Virus record (IMG/VR): IMGVR_UViG_3300034072_000647
Direction: 5' to 3' (one strand)
Origin: a virus
Taxonomy: Duplodnaviria > Heunggongvirae > Uroviricota > Caudoviricetes
DNA: 14,474 bases
Part shown: positions 14,068 through 14,474 of the stretch, one piece after another
Position numbering within the stretch: position 1 is the first letter of the stretch
How the letters are laid out: the number at the start of each line of letters is the position of its first letter
Program-made: the position numbers and the translations under genes
The notes under the pieces: model-generated
The model's database searches: none
Told to the model about the DNA's origin: nothing
The model's input: only the letters and a program-made list of their open reading frames with translations

Positions 14068-14474
14068 CGAAATCAGGATTCTCTGTGGAAGTTGCATTTG
14101 CATATCCGCGAGGATTTGCAAATATGCGGGTGTCTCCGATGCTATAGTCGTGAGAACTATGAACATGGCCATGAGTCCAAAGCTTAATCCCTGGATGATC
14201 TAAGATAAAATTATCTAAGTTAGATACATAACCAGGGTTAAGGTGAGAATACCTACCAGTGCGATAAGCAGGTGTAATGCTTTGCCAGCTGGGTCCATGA
14301 TGGGTGAACACCAGCGTGTTATCTGTAGCAAAGTCATCAACTAGTCGCTTGAACGTGGCATGCTCCAAAGCGGTCTTACTTCCGCGGAGCTTACGGTCCC
14401 GAAACTTAATGTAGTTGTAATCATTAAGTCCACCCTCGACCAGAGCCTGAGCAACAGGACTACCGCCATCAAAG
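14042..14474 (-). CDS. Calcineurin-like metallophosphoesterase, 5' end outside window
   Basis: Frame open from the right edge (FDGGSPVAQALVEGGLNDYNYIKF...); THHGP, WTHGHVH and NPRGY motifs. Confidence 0.85.
   Translation of the reverse strand, partial: FDGGSPVAQALVEGGLNDYNYIKFRDRKLRGSKTALEHATFKRLVDDFATDNTLVFTHHGPSWQSITPAYRTGRYSHLNPGYVSNLDNFILDHPGIKLWTHGHVHSSHDYSIGDTRIFANPRGYANATSTENPDFDASIIVTV

Noticed and set aside
1-14474. tRNA, rRNA, CRISPR array, integrase or transposase
   Set aside because: All gaps are under about 85 nt and explained by promoters, RBSs or hairpins; no cloverleaf, repeat-spacer array or recombinase motif seen.

Overview
This window is the core DNA-replication module of a T5-like tailed phage (Demerecviridae-related); the host cannot be determined from sequence alone. 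Every credible gene is on the minus strand. In transcription order (right to left): partial metallophosphoesterase, two small hypotheticals, MazG-like pyrophosphatase, small hydrophobic protein, [sigma70 promoter] D3, conserved hypothetical, PC4-like ssDNA-binding protein, NAD-dependent ligase subunit A, thioredoxin, GIY-YIG/T5orf172-like protein, [promoter] ligase subunit B, D5, DnaB-like helicase (D6), primase, family A DNA polymerase, 2OG-Fe(II) oxygenase, conserved hypothetical, PhoH, D10 helicase, [promoter] conserved hypothetical, D11, and a GIY-YIG homing endonuclease that runs off the left edge and is absent from the supplied ORF track. Departures from the T5 template: (1) the two halves of the split ligase are separated by thioredoxin and a nuclease-like gene that overlap by 107 nt; (2) a 2OG-Fe(II) oxygenase overlaps the polymerase 3' end, and the polymerase has Tyr-Gln instead of Tyr-Gly at the end of motif B; (3) a repeated layout of near-consensus promoter, DNA-binding protein gene and strong hairpin without a U-tract; (4) operator-like dyads in the promoters. 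Homology calls come from motif recognition and recalled T5 gene order, not from database searches. No tRNA, rRNA or CRISPR array was seen.
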